Source: Octopus bimaculoides
Taxonomy: Eukaryota
Length of the DNA: 64,000 nt
Assembly (NCBI RefSeq): GCF_001194135.2
Contig: NC_068983.1
Span: 120,446,633-120,510,632 of the forward strand
Direction of reading: 5' to 3'
Of the stretch, positions 1 through 13,010 are shown one piece after another. The position numbers and the translations under genes were made by a program. The notes below the pieces were generated by a model. That model saw only the letters and a list, made by a program, of their open reading frames with translations. It had not been told where the DNA came from and did not search any database. Position 1 is the stretch's first letter. Each line of letters begins with the position of its first letter.

Positions 1-475
1 ATTTGGAAGATGGAAACTGAAAGAGCCCTGTTGTGTGTGCAATGTGTATGTGTGTGTGTGTGTGTGTGTGTTGCCACTACCAACATTGACTCAAGCCTCC
101 ATCCCATTATGAAGTGATTTGATTATTGATACAAAGTGATAAGGGCATCCAAGTTTGCCAAATATTTTCCATAGGGAGGCCCTAGTCACAGTATCAAAGA
201 CCTTGGTTAAATCAATGAATACCTGGACAAGATCCATATTCTGCTTATAGTTTAATCAGCAATAAAGACTATTTGATACCTAGATTTTTGGATGTTTTTT
301 AATTGCATAGGTTTTCAAAATGATACTTAGTATATTGAAGGAAGGTGTGTGAGGAAACCATTTGGTGATTCAGGCTGCATTTATTTCGGATCTTAAGAAG
401 TGAGGATTGATTCTGGTGTTTTTATAGATTTAAAAGCATGCTTTATAACATTAAAAATGCATTCATGAATAATAA

Positions 476-682
476 TGGTCTCATATTTTGGCACAAGACC
501 AGCAGTTTCAGGGGAGGCGATAAATCGATTATATCGACCCCAGTGCTCAACTGATACTTATTTTATCAACCCTAAAAGGATGAAGGCAAAGTCAACCCTG
601 GCAGCCTTTGAACTCAGAACATAGACAAACAAAATGCCACTAAGCATTTTTTCCAGTATGGTAACAACTCTACCAGCTTTCT
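476..682 (-). mobile_element. SINE-like interspersed repeat, CpG-decayed copy
   Basis: Reverse-complement match to the copy at 946-1158 (GGATGAAGGCAAAGTC..TTTGAACTCAGAAC..TAAGCATTT). Confidence 0.75.
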
Positions 683-945
683 GCTTTATCATTCATGAAT
701 AATAATAGGTTTCTACCTATTGCATAATAGCATTTTGTTAGTGAATAGTTTTAATTCAAACTCAATCATTCATGGAAAAGCTTCAAATATTTTGAGTCGA
801 TATTCAATATTATCTTTATAAAATCATGTTGCACTACCAGAAAGAGTAAAACTTTTTGAATGATCTGAAACCATGGTTATCTCCAGTCAATATGTTTTGA
901 TAAGACATATTGACTGGATAAGACTTGATAAAACATATTGACTAA

Positions 946-1158
946 AGGTGGAGAGCTGGCAGAAACGTTAGCGTGCCAGGTGAAATGCTTAGTGGTATTT
1001 CGTCTACCGTTATGTTCTGAGTTCAAATTCTGCCCAGGTCGACTTTGCCTTTCATCCTTTCAGGGTTGATAAATTAAGTACCATTTACGCACTGGGATCG
1101 ATGTAATCAACTTAATCCCATTTTTCTGTCCTTGTTTGTTCCCTCTATGTTTAACCCC
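946..1158 (+). mobile_element. SINE-like interspersed repeat with tRNA-like head
   Basis: GAGCTGGCAGAAACGTTAGC...GAGTTCAAATTC (B-box-like)...GTCGACTTTGCCTTTCATCC; same family recurs at 23.0, 24.4, 27.0, 27.2, 43.6 and 47.4 kb. Confidence 0.8.
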
Positions 1159-2114
1159 TTGTGGGCAACAAAGAAATAAGAATGTTCAGAGCTAGGTTTA
1201 GAGGATATTCTGTTGTTCAGACTCTGAAAAAGACAAAGGAAATTTTCAGAATAGAGGATAAGTTGGTTAAATTTTGAGCACATGTGAAAATATGCATTAT
1301 TAAAACAGTTATGAGGAAACTAAGGGATCTTGCTGTGTTTCTTCCAGCCACTTAAAGTATTTAAAATTTTCAATGAAGTTCCAAAGAAAGCACAGTAGAA
1401 AACTGCAATTATGTCACAGCAGACAAGATACTCACCGTTAGAATGCTTTTAAAGAATATATGCCTTTGGTAAAAAAAAGTCTTGTCAAGATGTTTACAAT
1501 ATTCCCTGCTGTGAGATAACAGCTAAATCTCCATTTGAAACAGAAAATTACTCTCAACCTTAACCCCTGGTACTTTGATTCTTTGTAACTTCTTTTTCTT
1601 TAATATTGAATATTTTTGTATCTCCAAAGGAATCAATGGTTAATGTTGACATTATTACCCGGAAACGGAAAAAACAAATAGTGCAACGGGTGTAAAAGGA
1701 AAAGGTGTAGAAAACGAATCTGAAAACAAACATGTGTGGAGAGCAATGGGAGCGGGGAGAGGCCTTCGGAAAATTCACAAGATCCCTCATAACTTTTAGG
1801 AAAATGTTTTTATTTTTAAATGAAATTTTATCTAAATACCTTTCAAACAGTATAGATTACGATTACCCTTTAAACAGCATGCGTTACAGATGCCTAATGT
1901 ACCGCAAACCCTTTAATTTACTTCGGAAAAGTGGGGTGCCGGAATTATTGGAAAATGTTTTTCGTTTTTTCGATGAATGAATTACGGTGACCTGATATGC
2001 CACAAAACACTTTTCTTGTCTGGAAAATAGGGGCTGTTTCTTTCTTTTAAATTTCGTTGAATTTTTACAAGTGCACCTTTATAAAAATTAGTGCTAACGA
2101 AGTCTGGACAGGAG

Positions 2115-2191
2115 AGAGAAAGAATGATACAAAATCCTTATAAAACCACGTTAGAGAAAGAATGATACAAAATCCTTATTAAAACCACGTT
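2115..2191. repeat. 38/39-bp tandem duplication
   Basis: AGAGAAAGAATGATACAAAATCCTTAT(T)AAAACCACGTT occurs twice, adjacent. Confidence 0.9.
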
Positions 2192-2489
2192 AGTGTTTGT
2201 GCATGCGTGAAACCTTTTGCATACCTCTTAAAAATCACTAGTTTTCAAATGGTATCCAATGTTTTCACTTTTCTTCAGCAATATTTCGTGCCGAAATTTT
2301 AATCGGGTAAACTAATACATTTCAATTTTGTGTGGAGAGAGGGAGAGAGAGTCACACACATCTTTCATGTAATATAATTTGTGTAGCTAAACTTCCAATG
2401 GCATAGCAATGTCATGGGTCAAACTGAGCGAGCGAGTGAGTGATTTCATATATATATATATGTGTGTCTGTGTATGTGTATCTATAGTA

Positions 2490-2990
2490 TTAGGTTGTCA
2501 AGAAAGTTCTTGCAGTTTTTAACCTTTAAATTCAAATGCATATATCTCAGCTTAAACAAAGCTTTAATAATCGAAATAAACGCTATCAGAATCAACACAC
2601 CTTTGCCAACGCAAAACAAGTTTATTTATGCCTGTTGTGTAAAAATTATGCGTTCTAGTGGCGATGAAGTTGTGTGTAGCATCGTCTTAGTTTTTGAAGC
2701 ATTTCTCATGCAGGAAGTTGTCGAGATGCTTGAAAAAGTGGTAGTCGATAGGTCTCGTGAGTATGGCGGCTGAGGCAGAGTTTCGTAGCCCAATTCGTTC
2801 AACTTCAGCAGGGTCAGTTGTGCGACGTACGGCCGAGCATTGTCGTGGAGAAGAATTGGTCCTTTTCTATTGACCAAGGCAAGCTGTTGTCGGAGTTTCT
2901 TATGCATTTCATCCATTTGCTGACAGTACTTCTCTGCCATAATGGTTTCACCTGGATCCAAAAAGCTGTGATGGATGAGACCAGCCGCAG
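2490..2990 (-). mobile_element. Mariner transposon 3' half (D,D34D transposase C-terminus plus terminal inverted repeat)
   Basis: Minus ORF ...GETIMAEKYCQQMDEM...GPILLHDNARPYVA...LGYETLPQPPYSRDLS. Mariner-type end TA|TTAGGTTGTCAAGAAAGTT at 2488-2510. Truncated by the element at ~2991. Confidence 0.92.
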
Positions 2991-3116
2991 AGAAATAAGA
3001 ACCCAGGTACGAAATTTCCCCAAGACACCTGATGAAGGCTGGAGGGTATATCAGCTGAAACGTTGTGTTAACAACAAACAAGATGAGGACAAATATCTGT
3101 CAATTGTAAATAATGT
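2991..3116 (+). mobile_element. 5'-truncated copy of the hammerhead-bearing SINE-like family
   Basis: Near-identical to 28538-28771 (minus) and 28767-28907 (plus). Confidence 0.85.
3024..3069 (+). ncRNA. Minimal type I hammerhead-ribozyme-like motif
   Basis: GACAC-CUGAUGA-A-GGCUG(GAGGGUAUAU)CAGCU-GAAAC-GUU-GUGUU: stem I GACAC/GUGUU, stem II 5 bp, palindromic AACGUU stem III. Confidence 0.65.
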
Positions 3117-3368
3117 TTTAACTGAATCAACTAATTTTGATTTTGAAAATTTTTATTTCGTTGTTCAAATTCTGTAATATATTATTTAGATTTACACAGC
3201 AGAGTAAAGTAAAAACGTCAAATACACGACCATTATACAAGTAAAAAAAAAGAAACGTATATAAAGTTTTGGGCTCAGAGACAGATAGTCCATGAAAATT
3301 TTCTCGGTTTTTAGACCCCCACCCCACCCCCGATTGCTCTTCGAAGACACTGACAAAAGTTATTCTGG

Positions 3369-4701
3369 ATGTTCTTTTGCCACCTAGACATTTCGTTGGA
3401 CTCAAAGTTATGCTGCATTTCCTTTGATAGTGCAAGTACCATGAGCGGGAACATTTCAGGCGTACAAAAGAGATTAAATGGCTTGTTTCCTGGTACATAT
3501 TTTGTATACTGCAGAAATCTCTCTCTCGGCCTTGTCCTCCAAGAAGCTAGCTCTACAATTGCCATTGTTGCTGATCCACTGAATTTGTTCACCAATGTGC
3601 CGTTCTTTTGAAAAAAATCATAAAAAAGAAAAGCGCCATGGACAAGCCTTAGCGGTGAGAATGTCGTCATGCTGCAAACTGTGTCCAATTCGTTGGTGCA
3701 TTTGAGCAATAGCACTGATATGGACTGAAACCAACGATAAAAAGATTCAGGATTTCTTGCTGAAGATTCTGAATGACACATAACTAAGAACAACAACAGA
3801 GGCCACTGTCACAGGACTGTGAAACAATTTGGCAAAACTTCCACTTTGTTCGGTAATAAGATTGCTGGGGAAGTATTTGGAGTGTGTGAATTAGTGGTAC
3901 AAAGCTTACAGCATCCAGGCTCAACAGCCAGTGACTGTTTGAAGCTGATGGAGAAGCTGAAGAACTCTTTTTCAAAAATGAGAAACGAGGAAGTTTTTGA
4001 AAACTACTTCGTCGAAGTATCCTCTGCTGACCTAGCGAAAATGCCCGACTCTTCTCGTTCTAAGAATATACCACTGCATTTCAAACATACAATAACCGCT
4101 GAAAAAGGTGTTCTCTCTGCGTCGATAATCTTTCGGCATCACTGATGTCGTCAAAAGTGAACTGAATCGCCGTTTTCAGCGAGAGGGAATGCACATGTGC
4201 ATTTAACGAGAGAATTTGCTGTTATCAGCAGTTAACTCTGGCACGTTTGAGTTCGCAAATGCATACCTGTCTCCTTCTTTTGTCATGCCTCACTGTCATC
4301 ATAATTGAAACACATTGCCGGCCTGTGGATGGAAAAGGAAACTTTGCCTAAGTCATTGGATGACGTTATTGGAAAATGGAGAGCTTCTGATGCTGTTATT
4401 CATTCTAGTATGCCACAATCGATGATGCTAATGCAACTTATTCCGTCTTCACCTGTGTCTGCTGCATCAAAGAAGAGAACGTTCGTCGCACTTCGTTTGA
4501 AGACTTAGTTCCGTAAGACAATGACGCAACACCGTCTGACGCATTGTACTGTAATGCATTTACATAAAAAAACTTGTACAATGAAAGCGCTCTTGAATAT
4601 CCTCCTAGAAAACTTTATCGCTAAAACGAAAATAATTTTTGGACTGATTTAAAACATTACTTTTCCATTATTAGATCTATCTGATTTCATTGATGTAAAG
4701 C

Positions 4702-4741
<40 letters not shown>

Positions 4742-4816
4742 TGACCACAAAGGGTTTACATCAAGAAAAACATTATGGACGGCACCCACAAAGCAAATTT
4801 CGTTCCCGAGCCACTG
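3369..4816 (+). mobile_element. Degenerate hAT transposase relic (ZMYM1-like type) with right end
   Basis: Frameshifted fragments: FDSASTMSGNISGVQKRL...YFVYCRNLSLGL (YDGA.NMSG..GVQ/HC..H.LNL motif) and PVSAASKKRTFVALRLKT*FRKTMTQHRLTH (hAT dimerisation domain). Ends ...GAGCCACTG at 4816. Confidence 0.8.
4704..4742. repeat. (TAA)n microsatellite
   Basis: About 13 uninterrupted units. Confidence 0.95.
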
Positions 4817-7800
4817 TATAACTTTTATTTTTGATGCCAGCAAAAGGCACTATATTTTATAGGAAAGAGAAATTGGAAATACAATTGTGTATTTCTGAGA
4901 TGAGTAATTTATATCAGTCTTGTAAGCTGCATATCAACCTCACAGTATACACAATAAAAATGGTAATGAGAGCAACATGAAGTGAAAAAGTTTCAGTCGA
5001 GAATCGAATCTTGCACTCGATTTCGATTCGCCGATACTTGTTACGTACCAATTTATCCCGAGCACTAAAACGATTAATAGATTAAATTGTTTGACCTTTC
5101 GCAATGAAAAGCATCTATTAATTGAAGGCTATATATTGACACAGGGGAATAAAGAATGGGGGTGTAGCATGCATTCTTTGCTGTGGAATGATTTCAGCTA
5201 ATTAATCTAATGCTCATCTAAGAAAAAAACTTCCACTGAAAAAATGCTTGTCTATTCAACTTTTCTAGCAGTACTGGTGCAGAACATGTTTCGCAGCATA
5301 TAGAATAAAATTCTAAAGAAACACATGCAGAGTATTTGAACTTCTGACCCATTACATGTTACATGAAAGAATCGAAACCTAGTTGCAGAATATGTAAAAA
5401 AAAAAAAATCAAGCAGTGAAAAATTGTTGTCGGTGTGAGTAGTTTCCCTTGAGTAAGCTGTCTCATAATCAGGTACTACTTTGGCGCGGAGCCATCAATG
5501 AGAAGGCTGGCAGTACACGATATAAGCAGAATTAAAATATAATGGAGCAGTATTACACTACGTTTCAGTGGCTCAGCCGTCGCTTGTTAACACCATTACT
5601 TCAAAAGACTTTATTCTGTTTCGTACTCGTTCACCTTAATGTAACAAATGAATAAGCTTCTTGGCCTTTTCGTTTTTCTTTTCTGGTTGTAATAGTTTCT
5701 CCGTGTAATTTAAATGAAATGGGAATGAAAGCAGCGACAACGATGACGTTCGTTTTATCGTATTGCTACCATTAATTTTGACGTACAAGGTTCGCGTCGT
5801 TAGCTGTTTTATAACACGGTAAGTTGCAATGACACATTTGACAATTCATTTAATTCATCGTCATTATAATAATAATTTTTTTACCCACCTTTTTATTGTT
5901 TCACTTTAATTTTCCCCCACTGCGTGGACTCGTTCGAAGAGCCGAACGTGTTGAAAATGTATTTTCCGAAGAGTCATTGTTGTCGGGTCCTCTTTACCTT
6001 GTTTATGCTTTTGAGGAAAGGCATGAACACCACGTAATTGTTAAGCCGAAACCTTGTGCTACTATAAGAAATCAGTACCATAAAACCTATTAGTTTATAA
6101 GCTTCTGTTTGTCAATAAGATTTTATTTAGAAAGGTATTTTACGTTCTTCTCTTTTTTGCTCTGTCTGCTGTTTATATATTTTAATTTGCAGTTATATTC
6201 GGTTATTTCTCTTTAGAACTATTTCTCTTTGCTTGCATAGCATTTATCCTTGGTAAAAGCATGAAAACTACACATTTCAATTTCTTGCGTAAGAATTTTC
6301 GATTTTTTTACCTGTGTAGTAAATAAAAAAAAAATCGTTCTGCTTTGAAGGGTTCACAATTTATTCGATATTTTAAGTGTGCTGGTTATATATTGTTTAT
6401 ATACTAGTTTAGGAAGTCCGCATTCTTGCCATTCATAAAGTTGCTGTGTTGTATTCGGAAAATTGCAAGATTTTTTTTTTCCGCCTCATTATTGCTATCT
6501 GTACACCGAATGTTTATGTAGAAACTACATTTTAAAGTCTCCTGAAAATAAATTGACTATGAATAAATAAATAGTCCACTGCTTCCTTTCACATGTCTCC
6601 CGGTATTTGGCTAAGTAGTGTTTATGTATGTGTCTACTGTTTTTTCTTGAAATTTCCTTGGTTTAAATTTAATTATATAGATCAATTATATCTATGACAC
6701 AACAATAAATTAATACATTTTAATTGAGAATGTATGCAACCATTTGCATTCTTTGGGGAGTCGTAGCCAATGTAAATATGAATATATTTACGCAGATTCT
6801 TGGTGTTAATAAATCTTCCCCTTTCTTTCTTTACATAGATTTCTGCTTTGATTATTATTTTAGAGTTTCAAATGTGAAACCACCCTTTTAAAAACACTCG
6901 CTATTTGTCTTAATCTTTCATCCTGTTTATTTTTCCATTAATATATTTTTGCAGTCATAACCCTTCCTCCAGTTTTCCGTCTAGTTTCCTTGTTTTTATG
7001 CCTTCCATTGTCCGCACTGGAACTGAAACTAAGTTCTTAATTTCGATAGATCTGCTGTATACTGTGTTGGAAATATGACGGTGAATTGTTAGATTTTCAG
7101 TGTTAAAAGACGAAAATAGAGAGATGGTTTAGTGCTTATTTTCCTAATGTATTCTGTTTTAACTCGTCGACGCGTACTAGAGAATATAGCTCCCGGTAAG
7201 TTGAATTCTCGACCCGGTTTCGATTTTTTGTCTTAGCCATTTCGCTTCATTTACATTTCTNNNNNNNNNNNNNNNNNNNNNNNNNNNNNNNNNNNNNNNN
7301 NNNNNNNNNNNNNNNNNNNNNNNNNNNNNNNNNNNNNNNNNNNNNNNNNNNNNNNNNNNNNNNNNNNNNNNNNNNNNNNNNNNNNNNNNNNNNNNNNNNN
7401 NNNNNNNNNNNNNNNNNNNNNNNNNNNNNNNNNNNNNNNNNNNNNNNNNNNNNNNNNNNNNNNNNNNNNNNNNNNNNNNNNNNNNNNNNNNNNNNNNNNN
7501 NNNNNNNNNNNNNNNNNNNNNNNNNNNNNNNNNNNNNNNNNNNNNNNNNNNNNNNNNNNNNNNNNNNNNNNNNNNNNNNNNNNNNNNNNNNNNNNNNNNN
7601 NNNNNNNNNNNNNNNNNNNNNNNNNNNNNNNNNNNNNNNNNNNNNNNNNNNNNNNNNNNNNNNNNNTTTTTTTTTCTTTTGGAAAGCTATTTCAAATCAC
7701 TTATAACTTAACTCTCACCATACACCAAAGAATGATATTAAATTCTTTTATAAACATTCTCAGATTAAGATATAACTTTATTTTAGTCAAAGATTTTTTT

Positions 7801-9589
7801 TTTTTTAGAAATTCATAGAATAGAAATATGCAAAATTTTATACTTGTCAACACCATTATATCTTTATGGGATGTTAGACCAATTTACATTAATATACATC
7901 TGACATTGTCTTCTCATAGCGACACTTTGTATATTACATAGTTTATAATACTGACCTTTCAACCCTATGTCATCAGCTGGCATTTAGTATCACTGTAGAG
8001 CGCCGTACAATGGAAACTAGCACAATTTGAACAAGAAAGTAACAATGTTTTGCTTTATCATTTTCATGTCAAACGTTTTTCGATGGAAAATTATATATCA
8101 TTTGAAAACTTTAAATGAGAACTTTCTTTTCATATAGTTTTAATTAAAACCCGACAGCTACATATCAAGTCAGAGTCCTTTAAACACCCCGATATTTTCA
8201 CGCATTTTCAAAGTTTGTCCCAGGTTTTTTTTTTTGTCTGAACGGTAGCCCTTGTTCTAGTTCAATACGCTCGAGTACCATAACTCGAGATGAGTTAAAA
8301 ATCATATGTGTGTGTAGAGGAATCTTACAGCTTTATTTTGATATAAAACTTGATGTGGGGTAGGTCAGATAATCGTTACGAAATATAAAAGTGAAAATTT
8401 TATAGTTAATTTTCACTTCGAAAAAAAAAATAAACAAAACATTTCTTCAAGATAAGAAAGAAAAAAATATTGCTAACTCATGGTCATCGCCGATTCTGGC
8501 CACGGTATGGCAAAAACGGTGCAAAATTCAATGAAAGGGTGCTATACTTAGGCTTTTTGTATGCGATTAAACACATTGACTCCACTCGTCAAACTGACGT
8601 ATTCCCACTCGGCGTGAGATCGTACAGAAGACGACTTCAAGGCTTCAGATATCGATTTTGATCCAGAATTTCAAGAAATGGACAAATTGATTGGTACGTA
8701 AACATGTTTCTATGAGAATTCGTACTAGATTGACTTAAATAGGGTCCCCAAAAGCCAAAATTAGCATGTAATCGTCGTATTAATAATGTTGTTTATTTCC
8801 TATCTCATTGTACCCAGCGACGTATGAATTTTACCTCGCGCATATTCTTGTACAAATAAATTTCGTATTTCCTAGAGAAATATTGGTCTGTTTTCGTCAA
8901 TGAAAATTATGTAATGAATATTATTTTGTTGGCTATTAAAATCCGATGTGATGTTTTTTTTTACTTTTTTTCTCCCGATTTTAAATACAATCGCGTGATG
9001 TTTACATTTTCACAAGTGCTGATTTTCACTTTTATATTTCGTAACGATTGTCTGATCTCATCACCATCGAGATTTATATCAAAATGAATCTAAAAAATTC
9101 ATTTACATTCTTGTATGATTATCAGCACTACTGGAGTTATAACGCTCAAGCGCATTAAACTAGATTGAGGGCTAAGTATAAATACCAGGTTGTTTGAGAG
9201 ACACTGTCAACATAGGTGTCAGATTTTGATTAAAACTATGCGAGAACAAAGTTCTCATCCAGAACTTTCAATGAAAACGGCTATTTTGAGGTGAAAATGA
9301 TGTGCCAGAAAATGTTTTTGTGTGGCCAAACTGTGTCACCCCTCCCACAGAGCTCTCCAAGGATACTTATTAAATTTATTGTAAAGCTCCAAACTTAGAT
9401 TCAGTTTTATACCCCTACAAGTGTATCAAAACTGAGATCCCCTACACATAACATCGCAATGTAGCGGAAGCCTCTCTCGGTTGTATATTTGTAAATGCGG
9501 ACGTAGTGGGTAACATCCAGCTTTCGACCGCATCTTGGACCCTGCTGTGTCCATCACTCTGATTTATTTCGCTCCAGAGTGCATACCAA

Positions 9590-9722
9590 CCAAGGGCATC
9601 CAGCTGTAGAAACTCTGCCAGATCAGATTGGAGCCTAGTGCAGCCTTCTGGCTTGCCAGTCCTCAGTCAAATTGTCCAACTCATGATAGCATGGAAAGCA
9701 GACGTTAAATGATGATGATAAA
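9590..9722 (+). mobile_element. RTE-type LINE/SINE 3' tail
   Basis: AAGGGCATCCAGCTGTAGAAAC...GCATGGAAAGCAGACGTTAAATGATGATGAT; inverse of the 3' end of the RTE copy at 31950-32100. Confidence 0.75.
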
Positions 9723-10455
9723 TATATAATCTGTGCTTGACCAATTTGGTTCCTTGCCAAAAGGATATCCACAACTTTGGAGAAGCTTCCTTTCTTCCAC
9801 TTCTTAACTGCAAATGTGCCTCCAATTTTACAGACAACTTGTTACACACACTAGATAAATCACCTCCAACACTCCTTTTCCACTCTACCAGGCTCACCAC
9901 CACACATGCACAACTGCCGAGTGAAGGCTATTCCAGTTACTTGTGACCAGCAAAGCTTCTGATCCTGACACTATCCTTTCAAACAATGTATCCTAGAGCT
10001 AATGTCATAATCACTGAATTTTTCAATCTCTTTTACTCTGCTGGAATAAATTGAAATCTTCAGAAACTCTCCAGAGAATGTGTCATTCACAAAAGGCAAC
10101 CTTTCTTGACTCTCTCTTCCTTCTGCACTCACTTCCCTTATCTCAAAGGTGAAAAGCCATCAACAATAATATTCTCAATGCCATATATCTCTTTTTAATG
10201 ATCACCAGTGCAACTTTCATTAAGCCAGATGTATACTACAGGCCTACTCAGCTAGTCACTAGTGAGCTCTTTTCCTCAAAAAGTTGGATGAAAGCATTAT
10301 TAGTCATCAGCAAAGCTTCTACTGTATGTGACACACTCAAATTGCATGTATTTCTCAACTCTTCAATTTGTGGTTGCTTGACAGATTGTATTATAATAAT
10401 GTATACTGAATATGCCCTTGCTCTAACTCAGTCTATTAATTCTGGTATATACCAG

Positions 10456-12249
10456 AGTGCTAGAACAATTCATCCCTGGTTATTTCGTCGTCAGTTAATT
10501 TATCCCCGGTCAATTTGTTGTTGATGAATTCATCCCCAGGTCAATTTGTCCCAAAATACTCTCAGATGTGATTTTCAAGGGAAAGTTTAGAACAATCACT
10601 TTAGAATTAAAATTGTCATTGGACAGTTTTAGATATTTTTTCCTTTCTTTACCCACCCTGCTCTCTGTTTCTCTCTTGGTCTCTCAAGTATCTGTGCTGA
10701 ACAGTTTACAAACAGATTTTCAAGCAAATCGAATTAAATTTATTCAATATGCCTACCCATTAACATAACTTCAAAAAAGGAAAAGTCAAATTGGTCAATC
10801 AAGAAAATTATATGTACACAAAAAATAAGCAGAATGCAGATGGATTGAAAATATACTGGAGGTGCAAAAATTGTATACAAGGCGAGACTTCATACTGATG
10901 AAAATTATAAAGAGCTTAAGATCGAGATCCATAATCATGCTTCAACTGTTGCAGAGGTAAATGCAAGATTAATAGTTTGAAATATTAAAGTCTATTTCAT
11001 CTTGTGATGCCTCTCACTCAATTATCACTAAGTTCAGAATTTAAACTACTGTCCGTTGTCGCAAATACCTCCGTTTGCACAGCCTAATAGGAATATTAGA
11101 CATTAGATGCAAGCTGATTCTAATTATCCTGCTACCCAACTTATAAATATTGGGTTCTCCATTCCAAGTGAATACTTTTACCAGTATGACAGTGAAATGG
11201 AAGATTCAAAATGAATAACTAATATTTGCAGGTGATGAAGCACTTTGACAGTTGAAACAGTACAAGAACTAGGTGGCAGATGGAACATTTAAGTGCTGTT
11301 CTTGTATATTTTTCCAGTAAGATATACTTCACATTCAAATTGATAATTTTAGTGCCCCACGACTGTTCGCATTGCTCTCTGATAAAAGTCAAGACACATA
11401 TAAACTTTTTGCCAAAATAAATGAATTACTGCAGAATGAAGTACCTGATAATTATGGAATTTGAAAAAGCAGTCCATGATGGATTTCTAGAATCGTTTGC
11501 TGGGTTGAATTTGGCATGCTGCTTGTTTCATTTAGGGCAAAATGTGTACAAACATGTTGTGCAAGAAGGACCAAAATACAGATACCCTGAAGATGACAGT
11601 TTTAGTCTAAAAATGCAGTGTTTTGTTGCCCTTACCTTCTTGCCAGTTGATGTAAATCAGTATAAACAACTTGTAGATGATGATCCACAGTCAATTGTAT
11701 CCTATTTTGAAAATAATTATACAGGACCACCGAGAGGAAGAGGACAGGAAGCTACACCTTGAACCTCCATATTGAATTTCCATTACCAATATGGAATGTT
11801 TGAGATTGATGTATGACTAGGATTGCTCGTACTACAAATAGTTTAGAAGCCTACCACAGTGCCCTGAAAAACTGAATATTAGTCATCCAAATATTTGGTA
11901 ACTTGTTGATGTGATTAAATGTGAGGAAATGTTTGCCAGTACCAAATTGCAGAAGTTTATGCAAGAAGAACCAAGCCAAAAGAAAAGATAGAGATATGAA
12001 CCTGCATATAAAAAAATGTCATGGCAAAATGTGATCCAAGCCAAAAATTACTTTTCTAAAAGCAATTGCACACAATCTTAAATTTTAAGAAAAAATAAAT
12101 ATGTAATACAGCAAATCTTAAAATAGGTGTTTTTTAATTCAGATATTCATTCTTCCATTTTTCCTATGATCTTGACAGATTGACCTGAGGATGAATTGAC
12201 CAATGATGAATTGACTATGGACAAATTGCCATCGAATTGACTGGATACC
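10456..12249 (+). mobile_element. Degenerate Mutator-like (MULE) element with FLYWCH and DDE transposase relic
   Basis: Fragments KIYWRCK..C...KARLHTD...HNH (FLYWCH), ADGTFKCC, LFALLSDKSQDTY, EFEKAVHDGF...CCLFHLGQNVYKHV. Ends carry inverted GGTCAATT/AATTCATCC subrepeats. TATACCAG at 10448-10455 and 12250-12257. Confidence 0.85.
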
Positions 12250-12309
12250 TATACCAGGGTTCAGTTTTGTACTCCACATTTGTCCTCTAATCCATCAACA
12301 ATCTATTAT

Positions 12310-13010
12310 ATACACCCTTGAACACATATGCACATTCACACACAACTTATCTGTATACTCAACTTCTACGCCCACTTGTGTTTACACTCTCTCTTGCTCA
12401 TGCTCCAAAGCACACTTGTATCTGCACTTTCAAGCCTACCCATACTTACATGCACTCTTGCACATGCATGCATTTGCATGCATACATGTACACTTATGAA
12501 TTTGCTTGCACACTTTCACCTACAATTCTCACCTGCACACAATGCTTGCTCTTGCTTATGCATGTGCTCTTGCACATGCAGTCTTGTGCATGCATGCTTT
12601 GTTTACTCCTGCACATGTATAGTCTCACATGTACTCCTTGCTATTGCTGATGCACACTGACTCATGAGCATACACACACACATACATTCAGTGTCCTGCT
12701 TGAACTCACTTATACATGTGCACATTCACACATGCACTCTATAGGACTCTTTCACATGTGTACGAACTCTTTCGCATGTATGCACACTTTCTCACCCATG
12801 CGTGCACTCTTTTTCCATGAGCTCACATTCTCTCCCAAGTGCATGCTCTAATTCCCTTACATGCAGGTGCTCATGCTCTCTGTCTCTCACTCACACTCCT
12901 ACCTCTTTCTCTCCCACTGTCCCCTCTCTCTCTTTCACACAATTGCTCTCTCTTGTATACTTGAGCGTGCATGTACACACTGAAACTTACAAACGTACAC
13001 AAAGTAATCA
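12310..13010. repeat. Degenerate CA/CATG-rich low-complexity tract
   Basis: Recurrent CACATGCA/TGCACAC/CTCT motifs; ORFs here are compositional (H,T,C,L,S). Confidence 0.7.

Noticed and set aside
1550-2330. Classifiable DNA transposon (also ~7950-9340 and ~14130-14770)
   Set aside because: Looks repeat-like, but I found no TIR/TSD pair or protein motif to support a class.
8470-8700. Coding exon (…DIDFDPEFQEMDKLI)
   Set aside because: In-frame stop just upstream, no good acceptor, no recognisable domain; kept only as a possible non-coding exon.
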